DNA from: an uncultured Nitrososphaerales archaeon
GTDB lineage: Archaea > Thermoproteota > Nitrososphaeria > Nitrososphaerales > Nitrososphaeraceae
Length of the DNA: 64,000 nucleotides
Reading direction: 5' to 3'
Assembly: GCA_963841565.1 (NCBI GenBank)
Contig: CAWJCY010000008.1
Location: 15,546-79,545 of the forward strand
This document shows, piece by piece, positions 22,793 to 33,387 of this stretch; position 1 is the stretch's first letter; every line of letters begins with the position of its first letter. The position numbers and the translations under genes are program-made. The notes beneath the pieces were generated by a model, which ran no database searches, was not told the origin of the DNA, and was given only the letters and a program-made list of their open reading frames with translations.

Positions 22793-23170
22793 CTACTTTT
22801 CTCCGCCTTCATTAAAGAACTCTTGTACGCCTTTAAGGGCTTCTCCTGTTTTGTTTCCCACTGCTTGTAAACCTTCACCAGTTTTATTTCCGACTGTTTG
22901 TAATGCTTCTCCTGTTTGGTTTCCAGCAGTCTGCATAGCTTCACCTGTTTGGTTTCCAGCAGTCTGCATAGCTTCACCTGTTTGGTTTCCAGCAGTCTGC
23001 ATAGCTTCACCTGTTTGGTTTCCAGCAGTCTGGTTTCCAGCAGTCTGGTTTCCAGCAGTCTGATTCGATCCTTGAGCGAACAACAGATCTGGAACTGACA
23101 CAGCAGAAAAGAGCCCCGCGAACAATACCAACACTCCTATTGTACTATATTTCATTTTGCTTGTGACCAT
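22793..23170 (-). CDS. secreted NQT-repeat / LEA-like protein
   Basis: Signal peptide then (GNQTA)n and (GEAMQTAGNQT)n. Confidence 0.75.
   Translation of the reverse strand: MVTSKMKYSTIGVLVLFAGLFSAVSVPDLLFAQGSNQTAGNQTAGNQTAGNQTGEAMQTAGNQTGEAMQTAGNQTGEAMQTAGNQTGEALQTVGNKTGEGLQAVGNKTGEALKGVQEFFNEGGEK
22845..23061. repeat. nested 15-bp and 33-bp coding tandem repeats
   Basis: ctggtttccagcagt repeats; cctgtttggtttccagcagtctgcatagcttca repeats, degenerating leftwards. Confidence 0.9.
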
Positions 23171-23580
23171 ATTACAATCAATAATGTAACTTACGCTATA
23201 ACCTTTTCTTTTTGTCCGAACAGCATATTTTATTCTTCTATGTCCGATCACCTTACTTTTTCCGCTGCCATAAGACGAGAAGTACTCGGATTCTCAACCT
23301 ATAGGACACATCTTTGGTTCTTTCGTCCAGGCTGCAATGGGGTGCCGCAACCATGAACCACCCTCTCCCAACGTTAAAAGTGAATTCATGATCCGAATAT
23401 TTGTGGAATCCGCATTCCGAGCCCAGCAACGCAATAATATCCCCAAAAAAGGCGCCCATTTGCTCTCAGCAAAATGAAATGCTTCCGGTGAATTTTTTTA
23501 CTTCGTGGTGAGTGATCCACAAAAATTGTGACGGGAAGTGTCAATCGATTCACGATGTTTGATTTCATGATTGCAGAAAA

Positions 23581-24003
23581 TTATCTAAAATCTCTTATGT
23601 TTTTATAATTCTCAACAACACGAACACTCTCGTCAAGATTTGAACTATATTCTCCATCTTTCCCTGCGGGAGAACCCTTAAATTTTTCAAAGTCCTTTGT
23701 ATATTGCTCAGATGACGGGGCTTCCTTAAATTCTCCTTCCTTTTCTCCATATTTAAACCGCTCAAGAACTTCTTGCTCGCTTATTAGGAGCCAGAGCGTG
23801 TGGCCGTCATAAGCATCTCCTACGTATTTCGGAACCCAGAAGCTGTCCTTTCTTACTGTCCCCTTTTCTACCTTTACGTAGTTCTGTGAAAACTCTTTAA
23901 TCTCGCCTAATTCCTTCCCGTCATTGGTTTTTACTTTTTTTCCTTTGAGGACATCCCATAGCACACTCGGACCTCCCCCACTATTACTACTACTCGAAGA
24001 CAT
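23581..24003 (-). CDS. PRC-barrel/DUF2171-like protein
   Basis: LKGKKVKTNDGKELGEI...FWVPKY..YDG. Confidence 0.75.
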   Translation of the reverse strand: MSSSSSNSGGGPSVLWDVLKGKKVKTNDGKELGEIKEFSQNYVKVEKGTVRKDSFWVPKYVGDAYDGHTLWLLISEQEVLERFKYGEKEGEFKEAPSSEQYTKDFEKFKGSPAGKDGEYSSNLDESVRVVENYKNIRDFR

Positions 24004-24123
24004 ATTTTTGAACTATATAGTGCATAATAGAACAAAAAGGTATTCATTTGATAAATTGGTGTTTACGTGTTCTGTGCAAAGCAATATATCTTTTGTTGCA
24101 TAATAACCAATTAGCAAATAGAA

Positions 24124-25176
24124 TTGGGAATCAATGTTATCTCTTGGGATACAGTTATTGATAAGAAAGTAAAGTCGAGCGACGATCAGGATTTGGGAAA
24201 AGTCCATACTATTACTAAGGATTTTGTGCAGACAAAAGAAGGTTTGGTTTCAAAGAATTATTACTTTATCCCGAAGTATTATGTGCAAGGTTACGATGGT
24301 GAACATGTTTGGGTCTCTTTAACTAAAGATGACGTGAAGACGAAATTTGAGAGGGATAACGCTCCTACTGATTTGAAGGGGTTCTTGCCAGAAGGATATG
24401 ACGAGAAACGAGATGCCACAATTAAAGAATATCCTGAATTCGAGAACCAGGTACCTTCATTTTCTCCTGTCGGCAAGAGTTCAAGTGATATTACTTCTCA
24501 GAAAGAGAAACTAATGATGCCCTGGCAGGACGTTATTGGTAAGAAGGTCAAATCTATTGACGAGCATGACATAGGTGAAATTAAGAGTGCATTCTCTTCA
24601 TTCATAGAAGTTGAAGATGGTATCCTAAGAAAGGATCGGTACTATATTCCAAAATACTATATTGAAGGCTTCGATAACGAAAACCATGTTATCTCCTCAC
24701 TTACCAAGGAAGATATAAAGGAGAAGTATAAACGAAACGGCCCACCGTTAGAATCAGAGCTGGATACACAAGAATATCTCCAGAGAAAGCAAGCTCAAGA
24801 TGAAAAGCATCCCCAGGTCTTTGTAAACGGAATTCCGTTTATGGCCAAAGAACCTGGTGTGTTGTTGGAAAGCAAAAAAACCGGAGAAACTCTGAGCATC
24901 CCATGGGAAGAGGTCATCTTCAAGAGAGTAAAAACTTCAGATGATGTGGATATTGGGGACATAGAGACGGTAGCGAATGAATATATAGTTGTGAGAGAAG
25001 GGGTGGGTAAAATACGGCGTTACTATATACCAAAATCACAAATTAATAATTATGACGGCAGTGCTCTTTACGTAGCTGTGCCCGGTGGCCTAGTCAGTGC
25101 CAAATTCGAGCGAGAGTCTCCTCCAACGCCAGAGGAAGTAAAGGCATTAACTGAGGACAGACCAAACCTTACTTGA
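24124..25176 (+). CDS. triple PRC-barrel/DUF2171-like repeat protein
   Basis: Three W..VI.KKVK..D..D.G...YYIPK...YDG units. Confidence 0.8.
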   Translation: MGINVISWDTVIDKKVKSSDDQDLGKVHTITKDFVQTKEGLVSKNYYFIPKYYVQGYDGEHVWVSLTKDDVKTKFERDNAPTDLKGFLPEGYDEKRDATIKEYPEFENQVPSFSPVGKSSSDITSQKEKLMMPWQDVIGKKVKSIDEHDIGEIKSAFSSFIEVEDGILRKDRYYIPKYYIEGFDNENHVISSLTKEDIKEKYKRNGPPLESELDTQEYLQRKQAQDEKHPQVFVNGIPFMAKEPGVLLESKKTGETLSIPWEEVIFKRVKTSDDVDIGDIETVANEYIVVREGVGKIRRYYIPKSQINNYDGSALYVAVPGGLVSAKFERESPPTPEEVKALTEDRPNLT

Positions 25177-25373
25177 ATGAATACATAATCCTGTGGCGTG
25201 CCCATGACAGGCAAGCAAATCCGATTTTTCCCTCTCTCTTTGAAGGACCGATATAAACACTACACAAGATAACAGCATCTGACGTATAATAAACCGATGA
25301 CTAAGGTTCGCTGCAGAATGTATACTTTTTAACATGGTCTAGAATACCTTTAAATCGTTAATAGCTCGATCAG

Positions 25374-25637
25374 ATGATAATGGTGAAAGGACAAGACCTA
25401 CAAATTCTCGGTATCGTTGCTAAATTGGCACATAATGACGTCAACAAAGAGGTCCTCGAAACAGACATAATTGCGCTAAGTGAACTTTCAGAGTCCGAAG
25501 TGAGGAATCACCTGAATGAACTGGAATGGCTGCATTTAACAAAAGAGGCATCACCCAATGCTAGTCGTGCAGAATTTAGGTTGTGGAATGTAACAGAGAA
25601 AGGGTTGCAGGAATTGTCCAGTAAAGAATCTGGTTAG
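25374..25637 (+). CDS. small winged-helix protein
   Basis: LSESEVRNHLNELE...VTEKGLQEL. Confidence 0.65.
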   Translation: MIMVKGQDLQILGIVAKLAHNDVNKEVLETDIIALSELSESEVRNHLNELEWLHLTKEASPNASRAEFRLWNVTEKGLQELSSKESG

Positions 25638-25748
25638 CTTCAGTTTTGCCCAGATATATTATTCATTAATCATTTATTCTATCAAGATTGAGTAGGGAAA
25701 CCTATATAGCATTTGGTCCCTAGTGTAGTAGTATGAGAGGAATCAGAA

Positions 25749-26066
25749 TTGAGTGAAGACTTTGTAAGGGTTGCTGAAACAAAGGACATCCAATCATCTA
25801 GTATGAAAGCATACGACTTGGCAGGCGAGAAAGTCTGTATTGTTAATGTAGAAGGAAACTACTATGCTATTGGAAATGTATGTACTCATCTTGGTGGACC
25901 ACTAAATGAAGGTACGCTTGAAGGATATAATGTGGAATGTCCTTGGCATGGCTCTAAGTTTGATGTTAGGACAGGGGAGCCAACTAAGCCTCCAGCACAG
26001 CAGCCAGTTCCATCCTATGAGGTAAAGGTAGAAGGCAACAATATACTACTTAGAAAACATCATTGA
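25749..26066 (+). CDS. Rieske [2Fe-2S] ferredoxin
   Basis: CTHLGG and CPWHGS. Confidence 0.93.
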   Translation: MSEDFVRVAETKDIQSSSMKAYDLAGEKVCIVNVEGNYYAIGNVCTHLGGPLNEGTLEGYNVECPWHGSKFDVRTGEPTKPPAQQPVPSYEVKVEGNNILLRKHH

Positions 26067-26332
26067 TTACGAATATTCTAAACATTGAGGATGGAAGAAA
26101 AGAGAAATAGTAACAATGTAGATAACAGATGCGCAAGGGTTTTTCTGGAATACACCATGTAAGAGCAGGAACCAGTAACCCACAAAGTAAGATAGATTTC
26201 CATATCAGTATTTTGGGACTTTGATTAGTAGAATTAACTGTAAGATGACCCTTGATAAAAAATTTAAATGTCTTAAATCTGGATGCTCAGTAGAGAGAAA
26301 TACTTAACAGCAAGCCACTAAATAGTTATCCA

Positions 26333-27634
26333 ATGTCAAATGAATTCGATAGTTCAGATGTAATAATTATTGGAGGAGGGCTTGCAGGTCTTACTACTGC
26401 TGCGCTGCTTGCACGTTCTGGAAAAACAGTAACGTTATTTGAACGATCATCTAAAGAAATAGGAGGTCGTGCAAGGACTACAGAAGTAGATGGTTTTTAC
26501 CTTAATCAAGGACCACACGCTCTATTTCTCACTGATGCAGCAGACTCAATTTTAAAAGAGATTGGCATCACTTTTACTGGAGGCACTGCTGGAGGGAAAG
26601 GGAAATCTTATTTAATAAGTGGTAGCAGGAAACGTGAAGTTCCGGGCGATTATGGTAGCTGGCTATCTTCTGGGAAGGGTGATGGCACTTTAGTGGAAAC
26701 AGATGGGAGTCGGTTCTTTAACTCACCTACCGAAATGGATTTCTCACAGTTAGAAGGAGTTACTGTAAAGGAATGGTTAGACAAGAATTTTCACGATACA
26801 AATGATGCTGAAATAATTAAGGCAATTTTGAGACTTAATACTTATGGAAATGATCCAGAGATTCAGAGCATAGGATCGGCGCTTCGCCAAATCTATGTGA
26901 GTAGTCGAGCGGGAGGAGTCATGTATGTGGATGGAGGCTGGCAGACATTTGTAGACGGACTTCTAACAGTGGCCAAAAATGCAAAGGCAAGAATTGTCAT
27001 GGACAAAAAAGCAATTAGCGTGAAAAGAACTGATTCTTCTGGATGGCAAGTTCTGTTATCTGACAAAACCCAAGTATCAGCAAAGATAGTTGTAATAGCG
27101 GCAGGTCCAATGGATGCTTATGGCCTCTTCGATGACAAAGAGAGACCAGAGGTGCTGTCCAAGGCAGCAAAGGAAGCAAAACCCGTACGCCTGGTGTGTA
27201 TGGATGTTGCTCTTAGCAGTCTTCCAGACAAGGATGCATTGTTTGCTTTGGGGGTAGACCGTCCACTATATTTTTCGGTTCATTCCGCATATGCAAAGCT
27301 TGCTCCTGAGGGCGGGGCCCTAATCCATGTCGCAAAATATCTCGGTACTTCGATTGCACCTAAACCAAGAGAGGATCAGCCGGAGTTAGAGGAGCTCCTC
27401 GATTTAATGCAGCCAGGATGGAGAGAGGTGCTTGTTAAGAAGAGACCACTGCCCAGCATGGTGGTATCTAATGCTGTTGTTACTGCTGCAACAGGTGGAT
27501 TAGCAGGAAGACCTGATGTAAGGATTGCAGACAATTTGTACATAGTAGGAGACTGGGTAGGCAAGGAGGGAATATTGTCTAATGCGTCAGTTGCAAGCGC
27601 AAAGCACGCTGCCCAGCTAATTTTGAATGAGTGA
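26333..27634 (+). CDS. FAD-dependent oxidoreductase (phytoene desaturase/amine oxidase family)
   Basis: IIGGGLAG, GGRART, LYIVGDWVG. Confidence 0.88.
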   Translation: MSNEFDSSDVIIIGGGLAGLTTAALLARSGKTVTLFERSSKEIGGRARTTEVDGFYLNQGPHALFLTDAADSILKEIGITFTGGTAGGKGKSYLISGSRKREVPGDYGSWLSSGKGDGTLVETDGSRFFNSPTEMDFSQLEGVTVKEWLDKNFHDTNDAEIIKAILRLNTYGNDPEIQSIGSALRQIYVSSRAGGVMYVDGGWQTFVDGLLTVAKNAKARIVMDKKAISVKRTDSSGWQVLLSDKTQVSAKIVVIAAGPMDAYGLFDDKERPEVLSKAAKEAKPVRLVCMDVALSSLPDKDALFALGVDRPLYFSVHSAYAKLAPEGGALIHVAKYLGTSIAPKPREDQPELEELLDLMQPGWREVLVKKRPLPSMVVSNAVVTAATGGLAGRPDVRIADNLYIVGDWVGKEGILSNASVASAKHAAQLILNE

Positions 27635-27897
27635 CTATTTTATCTTAATTAGACAATCAATATCAAAGCGATAATGCTTACGACATGATGGCAAATTTTT
27701 TCATCTAAGTAAATATATTCTTCATCAAAACAGAACATCATACGTCTTATCTGGAACCAAAATTTCTTATCCTTCTTGTTCCCCTAAATCGTAAAGTGAA
27801 TTAAGGCAATCTATCTAGTTGATTATTTCCTGTAAAATCTCCTTGTATTTCAAATAAGCAAGTATCAATACTGTTTTCTAAACAGGGCTGATGCTTT

Positions 27898-29109
27898 TCA
27901 AGAATTTAGAGTATAAACTTTGTAAGGCTTATCAGTCCCATAGTTGATATATTTCCATCGACCATCCGAGATCGATAACTCGTGAAATTCTCTCTGTAAT
28001 TTGCGATCTAATGATTCATATACATTCTCTCCTATGGACACTTTATTTGCGCCTGTTAGAGAAGTTATCTTAGATGCTATATTCATGCTATATCCCAGTA
28101 TGTCAATAGGTGAGTGTTGATCATAACCAAACTGAACAATTGCGTTTTCTCCTGCATCTATACCTATCTTGGGGAAGAGTTCAGGATACCTGTATATTTT
28201 ATGCAATATTACATTAATTTCCTCCTTGACCGCATTAATCATCGATTTCCCACATTGAACTGACATGTCTGACGCATGATATTTTTTCTTATTATTAACA
28301 CGATCTGGAAAAAATGAGATTACTCCATCGCCTGCATATTTCAAGACATATCCACCATGACTATCTACAACATGTGACATTTGATGGGCGAAAGCTCTAA
28401 TTATTGTAACAAGACTTTCTACGGGTAGGGTCATGCTCATTTTCGTTGAGCCGACGAGATCGGCGTATATGATAATGAGCGGAATCTTGGAACTGATGTG
28501 ATTAAGAAGAAAGTTTTGACCACGTCTTACTGAAGTATGAATCATCTTCGGCCATAAGTTGTCAAGTATCAAAGGCGTATGTATTTTGTACCAATATACC
28601 ATTGATTCTTCTTGCTGCATACTCTTTTCTAGTAAAGATATATTCTCATCCTGTCGCGGCATATCTGTCATTTGCATTTCCCGAATCAGCGATTCGTAAG
28701 CCACCAATTCATCATGTTTTAATGCAAAATCTCGTTTCATTTCTACTAATTCATATTCTTCTGGAACAGAATCTTCTAGACCGTTATCTTCTGTATTTGA
28801 TTTTACATTCTTTGGAAGATTATTTCCCATCGGCATCGTAGCAGACACGAATGATAATGATAAGTCTGCTTTAACATCAGTTGGCTTTCCTCCTAATTTT
28901 ATAATTATTCTTCTAAGCCTATTTTTTTGAATATGTGTTTCTTTCAAGTGCCGTTTTAGTCTTTGTTTTACTTCTTGTATAGGGGTCTGATCTATTCTTG
29001 ATATTATTCTATCTACTGACGCATTTTCAGTAGATAATGCTTCATTTAGTTTGTCGATTAGCTCTGAAAGTAATTGAATCTTGTTATCATAGCTCTTTTT
29101 ATAATACAA
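27898..29109 (-). CDS. ferritin-like (DUF892)-class III adenylate/guanylate cyclase fusion
   Basis: N-terminal four-helix pattern (LNEALSTEN, HLKET, LGGKP); C-terminal YADLVGST, LKYAGDG, IGIDAGE, DILGYSMNIASK. Confidence 0.85.
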   Translation of the reverse strand: MYYKKSYDNKIQLLSELIDKLNEALSTENASVDRIISRIDQTPIQEVKQRLKRHLKETHIQKNRLRRIIIKLGGKPTDVKADLSLSFVSATMPMGNNLPKNVKSNTEDNGLEDSVPEEYELVEMKRDFALKHDELVAYESLIREMQMTDMPRQDENISLLEKSMQQEESMVYWYKIHTPLILDNLWPKMIHTSVRRGQNFLLNHISSKIPLIIIYADLVGSTKMSMTLPVESLVTIIRAFAHQMSHVVDSHGGYVLKYAGDGVISFFPDRVNNKKKYHASDMSVQCGKSMINAVKEEINVILHKIYRYPELFPKIGIDAGENAIVQFGYDQHSPIDILGYSMNIASKITSLTGANKVSIGENVYESLDRKLQREFHELSISDGRWKYINYGTDKPYKVYTLNS

Positions 29110-29779
29110 ACACTTTTCATGTTCTATTATATTATTTAAGATTGTTTCTCAAAGAGTCAGCAATTTAACTTCCAATCTTAATTAATATAAAAACTTCAGG
29201 ATCTATACTTTTCTATGTTAGACAATGAAGTTGCTGTAAGTATACTCTTGTTTGCATTGATAACTTTTGGGTTCCATTTATCAGATCTCTGTCAGAACAT
29301 ACCATTATGGATTTGAGACTTAGAGGGGGTATAAGCAAGCGGATATAACAACAAAAGTATATTGTTGATTTAACCATCATCTAAGATTACCAACTAAGGA
29401 AAGGATCGATAGGCCCATCTTTAGCTATGATAAGTTAATCCTTGATTCTCTGCTGATTTTAGACTTTAGTAATACCTTAAGACATGATTTTAAAACGAAA
29501 CGTATATGGGTAAAGAAATCCTACCTATCTGGGAATTACCAAATTCTCTCTGAGATTGATACCCACTTCTGTAGAAATAGTTGATACTATTCCACCTGTT
29601 GCAGAGAAGGAAACCATTTCAGAATCAGATATCGTATCAGCTGGCGGGCAGTTTAGGAGAACTCGCAAGTATCATTGGACTAATAGCTGGAAGCATTTTG
29701 TATGATTTTCTCGGAGGACTCGCATTCATGATACTACTCTACATACTTATATAAGAGATATTATTATTGTCATCATAAG

Positions 29780-30604
29780 TTGAAAAATATAAAATTTTTT
29801 GGGTTATTGTGTCTGAGCATAATTCTACTTCTGGGTTTTGTGTCGCCCACATATTCCGGCTCCGCTACCCCAGAGAACAAGACATTAATGCAACCCCAAG
29901 GAGTACAGGATATGGCAACAAATGCTACGAATATCGTTTTAGTCCATGGTTTATGGGCTGATGGATCTTCATGGAGTAAAGTAATTCCTACCTTGGAAAA
30001 AGCAGGACACAAAGTTATTGCTGTTCAACTTCCTCTCCATTCTCTGGCAGATGATGTCGCTACTGTAAAGCGTGCAATTGACCTAGTTGGCGGACCAACA
30101 ATACTTGTGGGACACTCATTCGGTGGATTCATAATCACCAATGCTGGTTATAATAATCAAAACGTAACAGGGCTTGTCTACGTTTCAGCCTTTGCTCCTG
30201 ATGAGGGTGAATCTACCGCGAATTACGTTGATCTTGCAACATTACCTCCAGGATTATTGGTTCCCGATAGCGGAGGATTTTTGTACCTAAACCCAAAGAT
30301 GTTCCACGAAGCGTTTATTCAGGATGCAAATGCGACTGAAGCTGAAACTTTGGCCGTTGTACAAAAGCCAGCTCATCAATCACTTGCTACTGAACCCTCT
30401 GGCCCTCCTGCTTGGAAGCAACTTCCTACATGGTTTGAGGTGTCTGAGGGCGACCACATTATCCCTCCTGATGCACAACGTAATTTTGCAAAACGAATGA
30501 ATGCTACTACTATATCACTTAACTCTAGCCATGCGTCACTTGTATCACACCCAGATGAGATCGCCGAATTAATCCTAAATGCAACAAAAGGAGTGACAAA
30601 GTAG
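29780..30604 (+). CDS. secreted alpha/beta hydrolase
   Basis: Signal peptide, VLVHG, GHSFGG, SSHASL. Confidence 0.9.
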   Translation: MKNIKFFGLLCLSIILLLGFVSPTYSGSATPENKTLMQPQGVQDMATNATNIVLVHGLWADGSSWSKVIPTLEKAGHKVIAVQLPLHSLADDVATVKRAIDLVGGPTILVGHSFGGFIITNAGYNNQNVTGLVYVSAFAPDEGESTANYVDLATLPPGLLVPDSGGFLYLNPKMFHEAFIQDANATEAETLAVVQKPAHQSLATEPSGPPAWKQLPTWFEVSEGDHIIPPDAQRNFAKRMNATTISLNSSHASLVSHPDEIAELILNATKGVTK

Positions 30605-30605
30605 T

Positions 30606-31427
30606 ATGAGCACAATCATTACCAAGGACGGGACTGAAATCTACTATAAGGACTGGGGTAAAGGTCCTGTCGTAACTTTTTCGCACGGCTGGCCCCTTAG
30701 CGCAGACGCTTGGGACGGCCAAATGCTGTTCCTTGTGCAAAATGGCTTTCGCGTAGTCGCTCACGACCGTCGCGGTCATGGCCGGTCAAGTCAGGCTTCT
30801 TCGCGGAACGACATGGATGGCTATGCCGACGATCTTGCAGCAGTGATCGAAGCGCTTGATCTCAACGATGCCGCGCTTGTGGGGCATTCAACTGGCGGAG
30901 GTGAAGTTGCCCGCTATATCGGTCGCAATGGAACGAAGAGAGTTGCCAAGGCTGTCCTGATAGCGGCTGTGCCCCCGATCATGGTTAAGTCCGCTACCAA
31001 TCCGGAGGGTCTACCGATAAAAGTGTTTGATGACATGCGTTCGAGTCTTATCAAGGATCGCTCGCAATTCTACAAGGATCTAGCAATCGCGTTCTATGGT
31101 GCCAACAGGGAAGGTGCCAAGGTCTCCAAAGGAATCCTGGATCAGTTCTGGCTTTGGAGCATGCAAGCCGGCCTCAAGAATGCCTATGAAAGCATCAAGG
31201 CTTTCTCCGAGACTGATTTCACCGAAGATCTCAAGAAGTTCGATGTCCCAACCTTGGTTATGCATGGTGAGGACGACCAGATCGTTCCCGTCAAAGACGC
31301 AGCTAAGAAATCAGCCAGGCTCATCAAAGGCTCGAAGGAAATCTACTATCCTGGTGCGCCTCATGGCCTCACGGCCACACTTCAGGATCAGGTCAACACC
31401 GACCTGTTGTCCTTCCTGAAGTCCTAG
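30606..31427 (+). CDS. non-haem chloroperoxidase-type alpha/beta hydrolase
   Basis: [32 protein letters not shown]. Confidence 0.92.
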   Translation: MSTIITKDGTEIYYKDWGKGPVVTFSHGWPLSADAWDGQMLFLVQNGFRVVAHDRRGHGRSSQASSRNDMDGYADDLAAVIEALDLNDAALVGHSTGGGEVARYIGRNGTKRVAKAVLIAAVPPIMVKSATNPEGLPIKVFDDMRSSLIKDRSQFYKDLAIAFYGANREGAKVSKGILDQFWLWSMQAGLKNAYESIKAFSETDFTEDLKKFDVPTLVMHGEDDQIVPVKDAAKKSARLIKGSKEIYYPGAPHGLTATLQDQVNTDLLSFLKS

Positions 31428-31759
31428 ATGTCTCGTTCCTTCGTATATGGCTTTAGCGCTTATATGGAAAAGCTATAATGACACTAGTTCTAGAATATCA
31501 AAAACTTAAGACACGCGGCTTAATTAGACATAAATAGTATGATTTAGTGATTCTATTATAATAGTACAGTATTACAGCCATGGGACAATCGAAGTAATGA
31601 GACAGCCTAGCCGCCATACGCCTAAACATCTTCCACCTTTAATGAGTGAACTATCACATCGAGAAGGCATTAGTAATGACAGTTTATGAGGATACTATCG
31701 ATCCTGTTTTAAAAATACAAGCAATTAAAAAGGATTAGAGCTAAACTCAGTATAGAAAC

Positions 31760-32233
31760 CTAACTTCCATTATTTTTATGAGTCTCAGGAATTACTTCCT
31801 TATTGACAAATGCCTGGAAGGAAGGATCAAACCAATTCTCTGACTGTGTTAGCTTCCAATGTTCACCTAAAGTTCCATATCTAAAGCAATTTCTCATCCA
31901 GTATAACCACCTTGTCCAATCATCATCCTTGAGCACATTTCTTTGATGCATCGCATAAGCATGAGAAGAAATAAAAAAGATATAGTACGCAAATGCTAAT
32001 TCTTCTGATGGCTTTTCAAGTTTATACATGACTTTTTGCATCGATGGTTTTTCAATTATGATTTCTGCCATCTTGCGAACCTTTTCATCCAAGTCATTAA
32101 GAACCTTTGTTTCGATATCCAATTTGAACCCCTGTGCTTGCTTCCTCGAGAAATACAGAACTATAAGCATTGTACCAATTATTCCCAGTGCTCCTCCCAT
32201 CCCGATAATCTCGACTATACCAATTTCAACCAT
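31760..32233 (-). CDS. hypothetical membrane-anchored protein
   Basis: N-terminal TM helix, 157 aa. Confidence 0.7.
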   Translation of the reverse strand: MVEIGIVEIIGMGGALGIIGTMLIVLYFSRKQAQGFKLDIETKVLNDLDEKVRKMAEIIIEKPSMQKVMYKLEKPSEELAFAYYIFFISSHAYAMHQRNVLKDDDWTRWLYWMRNCFRYGTLGEHWKLTQSENWFDPSFQAFVNKEVIPETHKNNGS

Positions 32234-32639
32234 AAATTGAATGCTATATTCGCTTGTTCTTAAGTGTATGTTCTCGCACTAGAACTAACAATCTAGAATT
32301 ATATCCCTCAGATTGTGGCGGCAAAGATGAAACACCTACAGGTCCTGAAATAATAAGTATGATTAGTAACGCCTCTGATTCTACCCAACAGAGCATATAG
32401 AAACTCATACCTTTCCTGTTTCCGAATGAATAGTTTCACTACAAATGCAGATTACCTAAACTACTTTCTTATTCCTAAAGAATCAGTGTCTACTCAAATA
32501 ATACGACAGCAAATACAATTAGTAGGAAATTAGTCAGGTAGTTGCAATACTATCTCAAATTTTAGCCAGCCTACTTTGATCATAGTTGGAACAGATGATG
32601 CTCCGCTACAAGACTCGTTAATGCTAGCAACGGCAATAA

Positions 32640-33362
32640 CTATTGTTCGCCGCAGCACCAATTTTTCAGGAATTTGCTTGCTGACTTTGTATCCTTGAAA
32701 GTAAATTTTTTCGGATCTGAAGACATTACTTCTTTGAAATCATTGTGGATATCAAGAGGCGTGTTATTCAGAGTGATAATGCATTCCAAGCCAGCCTTAT
32801 TGGCAGCTTCCACTCCTAATGGTGAATTCTCGACTACAATTACCTGTGAAGTAGGTAGATTCATTTTATTTAAAGCAATCAAAAAGGGTGCTGGATTTGG
32901 TTTCCCTTTTTCTATATCATCGCCGGTAATTATGAAATCAAAATACGTGGTCCCAATATTCTTGTCTAAAATCGCCTCGACCTCTTCTCTGGCAGCGCCA
33001 CTAACAACAGCTTTGATACAAGACTTCCCGCAATTTGATGTTAGATCTTCAAGCAGTTGCTTCGCTCCATCTATCCCTTTAGCATTTTGAATCTGTTTGA
33101 AAATCTGTTCCTTTCTCGATCCGATCTGCTTTGCCAGATCATCATCATCATCTACATCTATCTTTTTATTAATGTTCTCTCTTTTGAAGATCTCCTTAAC
33201 TAAATCTGAACTAGGCATTCCTTCAAGTAGAAAAATATTCTTCTTGTCTATTTCATGATTTGTTATTTCCTTTATTGCTCTGCTCATAGCCTCTGCATGA
33301 AAAGGCATTGCGTCGACAAGGACGCCGTCCATATCAAAGATAATACCTTTTTTAGTTGTCAT
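32640..33362 (-). CDS. HAD family phosphatase
   Basis: FDMDGVL, GKPNP, VENSPLG. Confidence 0.9.
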   Translation of the reverse strand: MTTKKGIIFDMDGVLVDAMPFHAEAMSRAIKEITNHEIDKKNIFLLEGMPSSDLVKEIFKRENINKKIDVDDDDDLAKQIGSRKEQIFKQIQNAKGIDGAKQLLEDLTSNCGKSCIKAVVSGAAREEVEAILDKNIGTTYFDFIITGDDIEKGKPNPAPFLIALNKMNLPTSQVIVVENSPLGVEAANKAGLECIITLNNTPLDIHNDFKEVMSSDPKKFTFKDTKSASKFLKNWCCGEQ

Positions 33363-33387
33363 AAAACAAATTATTCATTAGGGAATT

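Noticed and set aside
19720-23061. 33-bp direct repeats as a possible CRISPR array
   Set aside because: The repeats are head-to-tail without spacers, in frame within coding genes, and no cas genes are present
27898-29109. Cyclase as part of a Pycsar/CBASS-like defence system with PLD, patatin or SIR2 effectors
   Set aside because: No adjacent effector; those genes are kilobases away, and the specificity residues look adenylyl-type
29220-29690. Possible degraded gene between the cyclase and the hydrolase
   Set aside because: Multiple stops and no identifiable motif
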